Shown one piece after another: positions 35,301 through 48,983 of a DNA stretch of 55,721 nucleotides. The notes beneath the pieces are model-generated. The model was not told the origin of the DNA and ran no database searches. It worked only from the letters and a program-made list of their open reading frames with translations. The translations under genes and the position numbers were made by a program. The stretch is from the NCBI GenBank assembly GCA_943704425.1, contig CALSCP010001832.1, forward strand, positions 1-55,721. Direction: 5' to 3'. Position 1 is the stretch's first letter. Every line of letters begins with the position of its first letter. This DNA is from Ministeria vibrans ATCC 50519. Its lineage: Eukaryota; Protista; Filasterea.

Positions 35301-38300
35301 CACGTACGAGTTCAGCAAGAGTGGAGTCTCGCCCATCGCTCTTTGATGGTACTCAATGATATTGAACGTGCGCGCTTCCTTGGTTGTGGCAAACAGCGGG
35401 CGCTCGTCGCCAAAAAAACTCTCGCCCATCAATACTGCACCGCTGTCAGGAGACTCCGTGTAGTCGAGTGTTGACGGATTCGAACCAGCAGGCGACAGTC
35501 CCTCATGCTCCATGGAATACGCGTTCAGCGCCACCGTGTAAATGATGGAACTTTCGCTCTCACCTTCGCTTTCGGTCTCTAAAAATTGAAAAAAAAGAAC
35601 AAACAAAAAAAAAAAAACAAAACAAACAAAGAAGATGTGTGAGATGACATCGGCAACACAATGGACGTGGAATAATATTGCTTACCAATAGTACGGACGT
35701 CTCCAAAATAGACGAAACGATTGGCAAGGTCGACGTCCACATCAAGAACGTCCTCATCGCCAAACTCTTCGGACACTTCCATTGACTGTACAACAAGTGG
35801 CGACGTCGACAGGAAGGCGACTGCACGATCGATGTCGGCAGTGACGGCGCCGAAAATAGAACCAGAGGTGGCACGTGCGACGCCAACAACAACGAGGTTG
35901 CCACTGACGACGTCCTCCACAATACCCTTGGGCGTAAAGTATCTCGACGGACTAGGTGACAGGTCGATGGTGTCGGTGACGGACCATGACAAGAGATCAA
36001 ACTCGATGATATACTCTATTCCGGCGTCAAAGGCAAACGCAAAATAGCCCAAATAGAGGCGTGTGACGGCCGCATTGAGCATGGCACTGTGAAGGGTCTC
36101 GTCGTCGGATGAGCCAATGCGAGCATCGCGCAGCAGTGCACCAGTCTTCGCGTCGAGTTCCAGAATGACGAGGTCGCGGAGACCGGCGGCCGCAGACGAG
36201 TTGGTGGGTCCATTGGTGATCATGACAAGCAAGAGGGTGTCGTTGACCGAGTTGTAAAAAAGACTGCGCTTTCCGACACTTTCGTCGTAGTTGCCGACGA
36301 AACCAACATTGATGGCATAGGAGATATCGAGGGAGTTATCCTGACTCATGCGCACCAGCACCGCATCGGTACTGCCACCATAAAACTGCGTGCTGTTGCT
36401 GATGGCGGCGCCCGTTGTGCCGGCACAGACAAGGTCGTTACCGACGGTGATACACGAGTTCAACTCGGTGGCGGTCGCGGAAAATTCGCGTCGAGCCACG
36501 ACCTGGCGGGCAGAGTAGATGGCGTTGTCGCAAAGGGTGCCGTTGAAGCCGGTGTCACACGCACTGCAGACGGCGGCAAAGTCAGACGAAGTGTAGCACG
36601 TCTGGCAGTTGGTAGGGCATGCCTGACATATCGGTGCACCGACAGAAGGCGAGTAGAAGCCGGCGAGGCAAGGGGAGCAGGAGCTCTGACCGGGCAACGA
36701 CTGAAAAGAATCGACACCGCAGCTAAGACACATCGACGATCCGGCGCCCGAGTACGTTCCCGAAGGACAATCTCCACACGACAGTACGTTTTCAAACGCG
36801 GAGCGGGTGCCGGCGAGACACGGAATGCAGTCGGAGCCCGACTTGCGGCTGCCAGGGGCGCATGTGGTGCAGTCAGCGCCGGTGAAAGGAAAGCTACAGG
36901 CACAAGTGTAGTTGGACAGAGTGTTGATACACGTGGCGTTGTTGGAACACGGACTGGAGGCACAGTTGTCATTAATGTCGGCGAGGGCAAACCGCGAGAA
37001 GAACACTGTCTGAGTGTTGTTGTTCAACAAGCGACCTGAAATAATGGCGTAACCGTCGCCGGTGGCCAGTGGTGGCGCAAGACTGTCAATGTTCGCGTTC
37101 AGAATGGTCGGCATGTTCGTGGCAGGGACGAGCGCGTTGGTGGTGAGATTGATGTAGTGCAGGGAAGCGTTAGTATCAGAATTGGTCAGAATCAACTGGT
37201 GCGTTTCGGGACTCACAGCAATCCCACCGCCAAGGAAAGACCCTGTCCCGCGGAGCCCTGTCAGGAGTGTGCGACTAAACGTACGAGACGTCGTGTTGTA
37301 CGTTATAAAGTCAAAAGTACTCCCTATTAAAAGTAAACATAAAAAGAGAAGGGTTCACAAACGCGATTTGTATCCGACATGCTCTCGTATTGTTGTACCT
37401 CTTGAGGCGGCGTAAACGACCTTGATGTAGATGATATCACCATCGCGCGCGGCACCCACCGTAACAATACTGAGTGTGCCGGTCGCAGCAACTGCTGTGC
37501 TGGTTATGTTCATGCTGACAGGGTCAATGTCGACGGCGAACGGTTCGCGGCTGCCGTTGAAGGAATTGCCAAAGAAATTGTGCTTGGCGTACCCGATGGC
37601 GTGCAAGGTGGTGCTGTCGGATGACCAAAGAAGATTTGTTGCGGGGCAATTTGGTTGGCCGGTGAGGGGCACACACGAGAAGGTGGTCTGTGCACCAATC
37701 TCAAAGGGTTCGTCGCCGTCGTAGACCCGGTCGTAGCGTGTCACGTAGTAAAGAATGCTAGCCTCGTCGACGACGACGCCGTGTGACAGAAAGAACCGAT
37801 CGGCACCTGAAGGATCAAACGTCACGTCGTAGAGTATGTCGTACAAAGGCGTTCCAAACTGCCAGGTGGTGAGTACGGAGCCGTCAGTGTCGTTCACAAT
37901 GGCAATGGCAAAGTCAAAGTCGCCGACGAACAAGTCGAGATCGTTGCCGTAGAAACCCTTGTCAACGGAGAAAACAACGTAGGCGCGTCCCACACGGTCC
38001 AGCATAAGCAAGGCATGCCGGGCTTCGACATTGCTAAAGCCAGGCGTGGGCGAAAGGGCAGTAGCGTACTTGAAATTGTCGATTTCACCATTGAGAGCGG
38101 GATTGTGGCGGGAAACGACAGGGACCGGATAGGTGGCGCCATCGAGTGCTGCCAAGGAGGCGCACACGATGTCTGGCGACGAAGAAATGGCGAGACATCG
38201 GGTGGCGGTGTTCTGGCTCTCGACGGGAGGGTTGACGGCCATGGTGAAAGCTGACGTTGCGGGCTTATTGAAAGAGTCAAAGGGCGTCTGGCAGTGGTCA

Positions 38301-39453
38301 CCGGTGTAGCCGGTGGCGCAACCACAGGCGTAGCTGTCGACGCCGTCGTTGCACATGCCGCCATTCTGGCAGGGAGAGCTGGTGCAGTCGTCGATGTTGA
38401 CTGCGCACGAAGAACCTGTGAACCCTGTGGCGCAAACACACACGTGAACGTTGTTTAAGACGCTGACGCCGTCAAAGATGACTTGGCAACTCCCGCCGTT
38501 GTGACAAGGCGAACTGTTGCAGGGCAACGGTTCGTCGATGACGTTGAAGGTAGTTATCACCACCAGAGTGCTCACACTGACGGGCCGAGGAATCATGACT
38601 CGGTTCAAGGGCGAGTCAATTGCATGCTTTGCCGTGGTGATTTCCGAGATGGTGTCGACACCCACGGAGATACGGGAAACGACGCTCAAGTGGTACAAAT
38701 CGAGGACGAGGCCGGAAACCGCGTGTTCACTCCCACCCTCCAAGTCGATCGTGTAGCCGGACACAAAGGCGGAGTTGGCGCGTGAGGGAAGGACCGAAAC
38801 GTCATACCACAGCTCCTGAGTGCTACCTGTGCCATAGGTGAGGCCACGAATCAGCGAGGCGTCGGTCAAGTTGAGGACAGCAACAAAGCCCGAGCCGAAC
38901 GACGAGCCAGAGTTGGAAAAGTTGGGGATGGACTGTCCCTCGATGGAGCCAACAAAGACGCCGACGGAGGCATTGAAGGCGGAAAAGGAGTGTCCATTGG
39001 CATTGTCAGCGCCCAGATCGATAGTGTATGTCCACAAGGTGTTGCCCTGCGCGGGATTGAGCGCGCTGAGCACAGCAACGGTGCCCGAGCTTAGAGATGT
39101 CGGCACAGCGTCACCTACATTTCAGAGGGAGTGAGAAAGAGAAGCGACCGAGAGAGTGAATGGATAATAGTGGTTGGTACCTGAAAGAAAAAGAACGTTG
39201 AGGTCGGCGGCGTAGTGGAGGCCGTGCGCAGTGTCGTCGTTGTTGCCGAAGAAAGAGTACGATTTGGCCCAGATTTCTGTCATGGTGCTCGCGTCAAGGG
39301 CAAACACGAACATGTCGTCGTTAGTCGCTGTAGATGAGAGAGAGGGAGAGAGAGAGAGAAAGAGAAAAAAAGAGAGAGAGAAAAAAAAAGAGAGAGAGAG
39401 AGAAAGAAAGAGAGAGAGAAAGAGAGAGAGAGAAAGAGAGAGAGAGAAAGAGA

Positions 39454-39539
<86 letters not shown>

Positions 39540-41342
39540 GGAGAAAGAAACAAAGTGATAGAGAGAGATACAAAGTGTGTGTGTGTGTGAGGAGGGAGAA
39601 TAAACAAAGTGAGGGAGAAACAAAGTGAGGGAGAAATAAAGTAATAGAGTGGGAGAAACAGAGTAAAAAAAGGGAGAAGCAACAAGAGAAAACGTGAGGG
39701 TGAGACGGTGTAAAAGTGATGAAAGAAACGAGCGGTGACTTACAGCTTGCAGCGTTCATGGTTGGAAGAAGGGGACTTCCCGAATCGTGTGTGCCAGCAA
39801 CGTAGAGAACAGTCTGGGACGGGTTGAGTGTCATCTGACCAAACGTACCCGAGTTGGAAACGATGGAAAAGGTGTTGGAAGTGGCGAGAGTGCTGCCAAG
39901 GGCCTTGACAATCTTTCGGGAAGGACTGAGTGCTGAAAAAGAGAGGAAGCAAGTCAAACACACACTACAAGGGACACATAAAAAGCTTACAGCCATCAAT
40001 TATGGAATAGTAGATGAACTCAAAGGAAGTTGAAGCAACGGCAGTGCTGACCACCACACCGTCAAGTTGGCTGGCATTGGCCGAGCCAAGTGTTGTCGAA
40101 TTGATGACCTGAAATGATGAGAAAGACACAGAATAAGGTTGTTGAGCGTATGGGATTGTGATTCGATGTGGTTTGGATCTTACAGTGTTGGTCGCAATGT
40201 CAATGTGCAAGAAATGCATATTGACCGTAGTCACTACGAGAAAATTATTAGGCACAGTCAACTTGAAACGACACAAACACTATACTTGGATTAAGTTCAG
40301 CGACAAAGACAAACAGGGTGTAGTCTGCGGGATTCATAAGAAGGACGGGGGGCACATGGGGGTGGTAGATAATGTCGGCAATTGGGCCCATCAAACCACC
40401 GGGGTTCTGGGGGTACTGGCAGAAGTGACCACCGATCAAAATATTGGAGCATGTGCAGGTGAAGCTGGCGTTGTCTTCGGTGTTGACGCAAGTGGAACCT
40501 GCAGCGCAAGGGGAAGAGTTGCATTGGGGAATGCGTGTGCCGCAGAAGTTGCCGGTAAAATCAGGGTCGCAATCGCACAGGAGGGTGCACGATAAATGGT
40601 TTTCGACGCACGTGCCGCCGTTCATGCACGGGTTGGACACACAGAGATTGCCGCATTCGTGCTCGCATGTTTCACCAATGTGTGTTGATGGGCAGGAACA
40701 CATGAAATTTCCGCCGAAGTTCGTGCAGGTGGCGTTGTTGAGGCAGGGGGCGCTCAAGCACGGATTGGGAGTGGAGCAGGTAAGGTCAAAGTACTCAGGA
40801 GTGCAAGTACATGTGTACGCGCCGTTTTGCACTTCGCAAGTTCCACCATTCTGACACGGATTGCTCTCACACGCATTGGCAAACTCACAGTGCTCGCCGT
40901 GAAAGGCAAGGGGGCAAAAGCAAAAGTAGAAAGTGTGGACTGGTAGGCACGTTCCGCTATTCAGACACGGGTTCGACTGACACTGAGTGAACTGTGCGAA
41001 CCCATTGGCCGAAATGAAAACGTCATCAAGAAGCATATGGCCGTCCGAATGGACCGACTGGACGTCACTATGAAGTGGAGGGCGAGAGAGAAAGAGAGGA
41101 GGGAGAAAAAACAAAGTGATAGAGTGAGGAAGAAAAAAAACAAAGTGATGGATTGAGGAGGAAGAAAAAAAACAAAGTGATAGAGCGAGGAGGGAGAAAG
41201 AAGCAAAGTGATAGAGTGAGTGAGAGAATTTAAATGATGGAGAGGAAAAGAGACTAAGCGAGACAAAGAAGAAACAGTAAAATTGGACGAGAGCCAAGAG
41301 TGAACACAGCACACACACATAGACACACATACAGTACAATTT

Positions 41343-41402
<60 letters not shown>

Positions 41403-42308
41403 CTTCTTACGATCCAATGTAAAGCTTTCCAATGGTACTCGCGTCAAATGATCCCGTCCCAGGCATAAATGCCGTTTGGAATCCGTCTCGAATAATTGTG
41501 CAGTCGAAAGCGAAATTGATCGTGAAGTGCGTCCACACTCCCACCAGGAGCTCCTGCATAAACAAACAAGCAGAGCTATCAGTACAGACGCGGAAGAAAG
41601 TGGTTCACGCAAAAGGTGAAAGAGAAACCATTTTTTTTTTTTTTTTCCAAAATGAAAGATAATGAGAAAACGTGAGCGAGAGAGCAACAGCGACGGCGAG
41701 GACGCGCTCGCGGTGCAAGGAGGGGTGGGTTGGGCGTGGGCAGGTGGTGGGTTAAATAGGTTGGCTCGTGCGGTAAACGTTTAATACCGATACCAATAAG
41801 AATTCATGAGAACATTGTGTGGTGTGTTTCTTACAGTATCATCAAAGCAGAAATAGTCGAATGTTTCGGCTGAGACAAAGCCTGAGCTCAAGTAGATCTG
41901 GATGGAGTCCATGGTGTTGTGTTCGATGCTGAAGATGCTGAAGTCGTTGGGAGAGAGACGATAAATAAAAAAGCTGAGCGACACAGCGCCACTTTGAGAG
42001 AAGAAGTTGAAGGGCACGTCGACATCGATGTAGGAGCCGTTGCCGGGGAAGAAGAAGGCGCGGTCGAGGGAGCTCTTGGTGATGGGAGAGCTGACGAAAT
42101 GAGCGGCAAAGGGAGAGAGAGGTGAGATCACGTCAGAATCGCCGATTAGACCGCCGGTGGTGTCGTCGTCGGGGATGACAGGGATGTTGACGTTGATGGT
42201 GTCGAGGTTGAACTTGAAGCGCGCAAGGTTGAGGTTGGTGCTGTCGACGAGAGTGCCCGACAGAACAGCGACGACAAGAACAAGCCAGGTGGTGACTGCG
42301 TGCGGCAT
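29368..42308 (-). CDS. Giant adhesion GPCR: signal peptide, LamG/ConA-like, EGF clusters, beta-propeller-like modules, Cys-rich repeats, receptor-L-like repeats, GAIN/GPS, 7TM, long cytoplasmic tail (about 14 exons)
   Basis: Signal peptide MPHAVTTWLVLVVAVLSG. Many CxSxPCxNGGxC EGF domains. GPS CVYFDF...WSSEGC...TTCRCYHLTSFAVL. 7TM motifs LTYIGCSLS, NLCVA, CHAVAVVLYFF...FAW, GWVLPA, CWL and FNTTQGLLI. The three junctions whose phase I checked (near 31678, 37323, 40233) splice in frame by GT-AG. Confidence 0.88.
39335..39540. repeat. (GA)n intronic microsatellite (others at about 43458-43592)
   Basis: Directly visible long GA run inside the GPCR intron. Confidence 0.95.
41095..41220. repeat. 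About 30-bp minisatellite with core CAAAGTGAT, 4 tandem copies in a GPCR intron
   Basis: Core at 41112, 41141, 41173 and 41204. Confidence 0.85.
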
Positions 42309-42842
42309 TGCGCGTGGGTGGGGTGGGGGAGGGCGGGCCGGGCGATGCAGACAGCACGTGTCGAGTGCAATGCAATGAATAAAAAGTGTTGCTGAACGGT
42401 TGAAGTCTGAACAGTGACTGATGTTGAAAGTCTGTGAACAAAATAATTATTATTATAATTATTCGGTGATCTTTATTTTTAGGTACTTTGCTTTTCATCA
42501 CTACTCACACGCCTCGTCCACAGCCGGTGCTCTTTTTCGTGGTAGTAGCTCAAATAGGAATAGAAAATGCATGTCTGGCACGCGCGGTGCGGTATTATCA
42601 CAGTATGGCGGTGCTGGATGGAATAATTGTTGTTCAACAGCGCATTTCGCATTCTTTGTTGTGATTGAAGTTCTGAATTCACACAGATTTTTGAAAAATA
42701 ACTATGAAATGACCGGTTCTTTCAACGTGATCCTAGAAGTACGTGACACTGGGTGGTTCAGTGTTCGTCCCACTCAGAAAACGGCAGAAACAAGTAAATT
42801 TCGAATCTAAAGCCTTTTCCTTTTCATTTACAACCAAATGCT

Positions 42843-43487
42843 TTAGGGAGGACAGGGGGGCGCATTGCTACAGCTAGCGGGGAGGTCAAAGACGCCCTGG
42901 GGCGGAGGACCGGCTTCAAAGCGACTGAAGTGCTAAAAAAAAAAGAGAGAGAGAGAGAAGATAGAGATCAGATTTACTCGTCGATAATATTCTATTCTTG
43001 AATACAATACGTACTTGGGAGGCCCAGCCGGGCGAAGCAAGGAACCAAAAGGCAGCGGGGATTTGGTCTTCAAAGAAGCCATAGGAAAAAGGGCCGGGCT
43101 ACTCAAGGAAGAAAAATTTGTTTGTGTGTGTGTGTGTGTGTGTTGTGGGTCAGAGACTGTCACCCAAAACTGTTTGAGATGTGAGCTTACAGCGGGACCT
43201 GGGAAGCCCCACCAGTTGACAGTACGACCAGCAAGGAGCGAGGTGCCGTTGTACGGGACGTTGTCAAGGAAGTTGGGGGGAGGAGGGTAAAAGGGCTGCT
43301 GGAAGATGCAGCAAGGAGGCCTATGTGCAGACGCAGTAAAGGTAATGAGGTACGCTGTCTTGTTCGTATTGAGAAAGTGACACGGCCACGAGGTGCTTCC
43401 TTCAAAGATGGGCACGCAGTGGGAGTCGTAGATTTCAATCATTCGGTCTGAAGGAAAGAGAGAGAGAGAGAGGAGAAAGAAACAAAG

Positions 43488-43559
<72 letters not shown>

Positions 43560-43918
43560 AAGAAACAAAGTGATAGAGAGAGAGAGAGAGAGTGAGTGGG
43601 TGAGCAGAGTCCTCAACACATTTGATCACCTGTGTCGTAGTCGTAGTATGTGCGGCCGGTGGACGTGTTGAACGTGCCATGGGTAGGCCCACTCTACAAG
43701 ACACCGGCGGGGGTGAGCGGGAGAGCAGAAAAGCGACGCGTTACCGCAGGATAGGGCGGAGCGTTGGCTGGATCAGGGACGGCGAACATTGTCCACTCGG
43801 TGCGCCACTGAACGGGCCAGTGGGGAGTCGGGGGCGCCGCATGAGCATAATTTGCACCACCCACACATGCTATGAAGGCAATGTAAGCCAGTAGGGACGG
43901 GAGTGTTCTCCAGTTCAT
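42843..43918 (-). CDS. Secreted ependymin-related (EPDR-like) protein, 5 exons
   Basis: Signal peptide, then PPTPHWPVQW, GRTYYDY, PPCC and the C-terminal GVFDLPASC (FxxPxxC) typical of the ependymin/LolA-fold family. Exons were hand-spliced through GT-AG introns to a stop at 42843. Confidence 0.7.
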
Positions 43919-44006
43919 TCTATTTAAAAAGTGATCGAAAAATTTGAGTTACGACTGAATTTTCAATTTTTCATTTTTCAAAATATTTTTATTGTATTTA
44001 TCTGAT

Positions 44007-47000
44007 ATGGACCTCGGCGAGCTGTCCCGACGAGCGCAAGCTCTTGAGGAAAAGCTCGCGGATGAGCGTCGTGGACGCATTCATGATGCAAAGGAGTTTG
44101 CGTCGAAAGTGAGAAGAAAAAAAAAGATGATAAGGTCACAGTCTCATTTTGCTCTTTTGCGCGTGTCTCTCACTCCGTATCCAAGGTGGAGAAGATCAAA
44201 GTGACAGTGGCGGGGCGAATAGGCGACCTGGTGTCGGAGAACCAGCGGCTGCGCAGCGAAGTGGCGGATCTGCATGAAACGGCGCAGGAGAGTCGTCTCG
44301 CGGCCGAGTGGGTTGCAGGCGTGCAGGACACCACCGTCGCGTCGCCAGGGCCCTCACCCGACCCCTCGCCGTCGCCGTCGCCCGCGCCAATCGCCCCTTC
44401 TGCGGCTCCGTCACGTCCCTTATCGCTTCGTCGTAAGAGCGATGTCGAACACTCAGCGCTCGATCTGCAGACTGCCGTGCGTCAGGTTATCTCCGCACGG
44501 CAGCGGGCCGAAGAGGCCGAGAAGCGAGCACTCGCTGCTGAGCTGGCGCTGGCCGCCGCCGAAGAGCAGCTTGCCGTCGCGGGAACGCCACAGTCCACGT
44601 CGACAGCGGGCTCGCTCATCATCACGAGCAACCGTGCCTCGGACGCCTTCCTTCCCAGCGACACCTCCCTCCCACACCCATCGCCCGACCTTGCTCGACG
44701 CACCACCATGATTGTCGGTGGTGATGGCGCCGATTCCGAAGAAGAGGCCGAACTGGTCGCGGCCATTGCGGCCTCTGCTGTCAAGTCGTCTGCCGACAAC
44801 AACAACAACAACAACAACAACAAACACAAAAACCTCTCTGCCCGTATCCCTAGTCGCTCAGATCCAGCTCACTCGACTGGCATCACGGCGTTAACCCTCC
44901 AAGTCCCACAGCCACGCTACGCCAAACTCAACCGACAAGCGCCCGTGGATAGCACCCTAAGCTTTTACGACTCGGACGACGACGAAAACACCAAACAACA
45001 GCTACAGCAACAGCAACCACACGAGCATCCAGAACAACAACAACAACAACAACAACAGCAGCAGCAGCAGAAGTCGCAACCCATCTACGACTCTCTTGTT
45101 CCCACGTCGTCGTCCAGTCGCCCTGTCATTCCCGATCACACGTACATGGAACTGGACCGTGTCAACTCGAGCATCAGCGACGCAGCAGCCGCCAGTGACC
45201 CTTCCCGCGCAGTTTCGTCCTACCGCAGTCGTTCGGCACTTCTGCGCGACATTGATGATGGCGCACTGGGCGGTCACAACAACGACGACGACGACTATGA
45301 TGACGACGACGACGATGATGATCAGTATGACTACGACGACGATGATGGCTCGATCATCGGCTCAGAGGACGACAGCGACGATCACGGCGATGACGTTGAT
45401 GTTAGTGGTGTTAATGGCGGCGGCAATGTGGCTGGAGACAACACTGAAGGCACTATTAGAGCGAGTATCGGTATCAATCGCGTGCTCGATGAGACGGCAC
45501 GCGTTTCCACTGCAAGCACGCATCTCTATGCGTCTCTGGATTTCTCTGATCGCCAAAGCTCCGCCACGAACACGACCACTGCGGTTGCACCTGCGACATC
45601 CGAAACACCCCCCTTTATCAACACGACCGGCATGCGCCCACCTGCACCACCTCCGCCACGCACTCGTGACCGCGCCAAGTCATCCATGCCCACCCTCGCT
45701 ACCATGCACCCACCGCCCGTCGATCGCACGAAGAAGCCGCGCGACGTGGATCTCACAGGTTTTTCCGCACCCACCAAACCTCCTCTGCCGGCCTCGGTCG
45801 TCTCGGCTGCTGCTGCCGTCACTGCGTCCTCCCCAAGCGCTCTGTCGTCTTCCTCAACTCGTCAAACGCGCTCGCACAAATCTTCTCTGAGCACCGAGGA
45901 CCGTCGTCGACTGAACCGTCGCAAGAAACGTCGCAAGCTTGAAAAGTCGTTGCGCTTTGAAAGTTGGCTCGTCAAGCAGGGCGGCCACTTCAAGACGTGG
46001 AAGAGACGCTACTGCGTGCTGCACGACCGAGTTCTGCGCTACTGGCGCACCGACATGGAATACAAGGAGAAGCGTCCACCCCTGGGCGAGATTGCTATTG
46101 ACGGCAGCAATCGCGTGGTCAAGTCGGGCGTGACGCAAAAGGAGAATACCTTCGAGGTGTTCACCTCCAACCGTACCTTCTTCTTTCGCGCCGACAACGC
46201 CGACACGATGAACACCTGGCTCAACAAGTTGCAGGCGGTCATGCGCTATTACGTGAGCGATAAGCCACGCATCATGGTGAACCTATCGCGTGCCAAGGTC
46301 AAGGGCTGGCTCACCAAGGTGAACCGAGGGCGTGTACGTCGGCGCTTCTTTGCTCTCTTTGGCACCAAGCTGCATTACTACTTTGACGAGACTGCCTCGC
46401 AGTTGCTGGGTGTCATTGACATCTCGCATGCGACCCTCGAAGACGTCAGTGCAATGGATGCGTCTGACGATGAGGCCGACATCGAGATGGTGCAGCAGCA
46501 AAAGGCACGCGAAACAGCCGTGCCTCGTGGTCGGTCGGGCAGTCGCATTGGTCTCAACGTGGAGGGATGTACCAAGTCTGAGAGCGGCACGGGTGGTGGT
46601 GGTGGCGTCAACAGCGGCTCCGGTGGTACAAGTGGCAGTATCTCGGGTGTCGTGGAGGGCTCGCGTAGTCGTGCTGAACGGCCGTCGTCTTCGTCGAACA
46701 CCATTGCTCGTGTTGGCAGTGGCGTGTACAATGCCAGTTCGCGTTCGTCGGCGCTCTCCATCAACAGTTGTTCGGGTCTGTCGGGAATGCCTTTCCACTG
46801 CTTTGGCGTTGTCACTCGCTTTACCACCTACTACATGATTGCCGACTCGGCCGAGCTCAAGGACCAGTGGATGTTCTTTATCATTTGTGCCAGCGAGGTA
46901 CACCTTCACAATCAATATTGTTGTTGTTATTGTTGTTGTTGTTGCTGTTGTTATTATTGTTGTTGTTGCTGTTATATTATGTTGTTGTGTTATTGTTGCT

Positions 47001-48932
47001 GTTGTTGTTGTTGCTGCTGTTTGTTTGTTTTGAGGAGGTACTGATTGTGTTGTATTTGGGTGCATAGGCTTCTCAGCAAATCGCGGGCACCGACTTTGAG
47101 CGGCTGATTGCCGGGCTGAAGGAGACGACAGTGGAAGACCCTGCGTTTACGCACCCGACATTGATGTACACGTCGTCGTGTCTGACGGAGCCACTGACGA
47201 CGCTGCCATGGCACTCGTTGTCGCGCGAGGCAGTGGAGATGTTTCGGACGATTCTTTTGTACTCGAGTGTTGAGGTGGATTTGAGCGCGGTGGACTATCA
47301 TGCGTTGTTAGCGCGCGATTTTCTGAAGCGTGCCATGGGCAATGCGGGGTTGCACAACGAAGTGTACGCGCAGCTGATCAAGCAAACCAATGTACAGATG
47401 GAGAACGAAGAGGACCGCGAGCTCGCCGACTCGCCCTTGCACCGACAAGCCTGGCACTTGCTCGCGCTCATTTGTGGGCTCTTCTTGCCCTACCGTTCCA
47501 TGGCGACTCTGCTACGTGCTCATTTGCGTCGCTGTAGTCGCTTTGACACGGTCGCTGGCGGCTATGCGCGCTACTGTCTGCGCTGTGTCGAGCGTGTTGC
47601 GCACAAGGGATCGCGCAAGTATGCTCCTTCGCGCATGGAAACGCTTGCGGTGATTACGCGCATGCCCTTTGAGCACGACTGGCCCATGTCGTGCGAGATT
47701 GAGCTTGCCTATGGCGAGTCGGTTGTTGTCGGCTTTGATGCGCTTTCGACCACAAGTGAGATTATCGATCAGGTCAGCGACCAGGTGGGTATGCGTCGTC
47801 CCAGCTTCACGGGATTTTCGCTGTTTGCGGCCGCTCCCAACCCGCGCGAGACGCACCAGGTGTACCTGAGTGGCCGAGCCAAGCTGTGTGACATTTTCAG
47901 CGAATGGGAGCGACTGCGGTCGTTTGCACGCGACGGTGTGATCAACCGACTGGACGCGCCCAAGCTCATGATGCGTCGTCGCCTCTATTTTCGCGAGATC
48001 AACGGTGTCAATGCGGCCGACCCACGTTGTGACCAGGTGGGCGAGCTCGAGCAGCGTTTGCTCTTCCAGCAGGCGAATGCAATGGTCATGGCGCGCAAGT
48101 TCCCTGTCAATCAGCTTATGGCTCTTGATCTGGCTGCTTTTCAGGCACAAGTGGCTATTGGCGACTTTACGACTATTGACGAGTCGACTGTGCTTGCGCT
48201 CGACCGGTTCTTTCCGCCCCACTTGCGCGATGTGCCCACCGCGCCGCGTGAGGTGCCCCTTTTGACACGCTTTGGCGAAGTCTGGTCTGCACTGCGACAG
48301 AAACCTGCATCGGAGTGCATCGCGGCCTACCTGAGCATTGCAACACGCTGGCCCCTCTACGGCTACGAGCTGTACGATGTGTACGAGGTACGGCCGTCGG
48401 GGAGCACAGGGTTAGCGGATGGCAGCGGTGGCGGCTCAGGTGGCGGGTCGGGGGGTGGCATGGGTGGTGGTGGCTCAGGAGGCTTAGCAGGCTCAGGTGG
48501 TGGGAGTGGTAGTGGCGGCGGTAGTAGTAATAGTGGTGGTGATGGCAGTGGAGTTGTGTCGGTGGATAAAAATGAGAATGCGCGTGTGCTAGCATGCGGC
48601 GAACAGGGACTCTTCCTGCTCGACTCCCTGTCTCTCAAAGTCCTCGAGAAGATCCCGTACGACCGACTTATCACGTACGGTCGCACAGGCGCCCTCTTCA
48701 CCATACTCGTGGCAAACGACACCACTATCGAGTCCAAGGGTACCTCTCGCCGTCACTTTGACACTCCTCAGGTGAGGTCCCCTATTATTTTTCTTTTGTA
48801 AGCCTCTCATTTTTTTTCTCTCTCTCTTAGACATTGGACATTTCGCAACTGATTTCGCGCGCCATTTCGTTGATTGTGTTGCGCAAGGGCGACGGTTGTT
48901 ACGAGTCGACCATCAAATACTGTGAATTATAG
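44007..48932 (+). CDS. PLEKHH1/2 (MAX-1)-like protein: coiled coil - PH - PH - MyTH4 - FERM (4 exons)
   Basis: PH1 WLVKQGGHFKTWKRRYCVL; PH2 GWLTKVNRGRVRRRFFAL; MyTH4 LHNEVYAQLIKQT...AWHLLAL...PSRME; FERM AYLSIATRWPLYG. Terminal exon is 48831-48932. Confidence 0.9.
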
Positions 48933-48983
48933 TAAAAAATCTTTTTTTTTGTTTTATTACAGTGTATTACAACGATGATTGTA

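Noticed and set aside
39122-39999. ORFs with poly-(SL), poly-(RE) or poly-C/V tracts (also near 23148, 42933, 46900)
   Set aside because: These are translations of intronic microsatellites.
40262-40285. Apparent 24-nt ultra-short intron in the GPCR
   Set aside because: It would not restore the frame. A phase-1 intron 40285-40234 with a CTAAT branch site and CGTAG acceptor fits.
41095-41220. CRISPR-like array from the roughly 30-bp periodic repeats
   Set aside because: The repeats are degenerate, have no unique spacers, lie in a eukaryotic intron and have no cas genes nearby.
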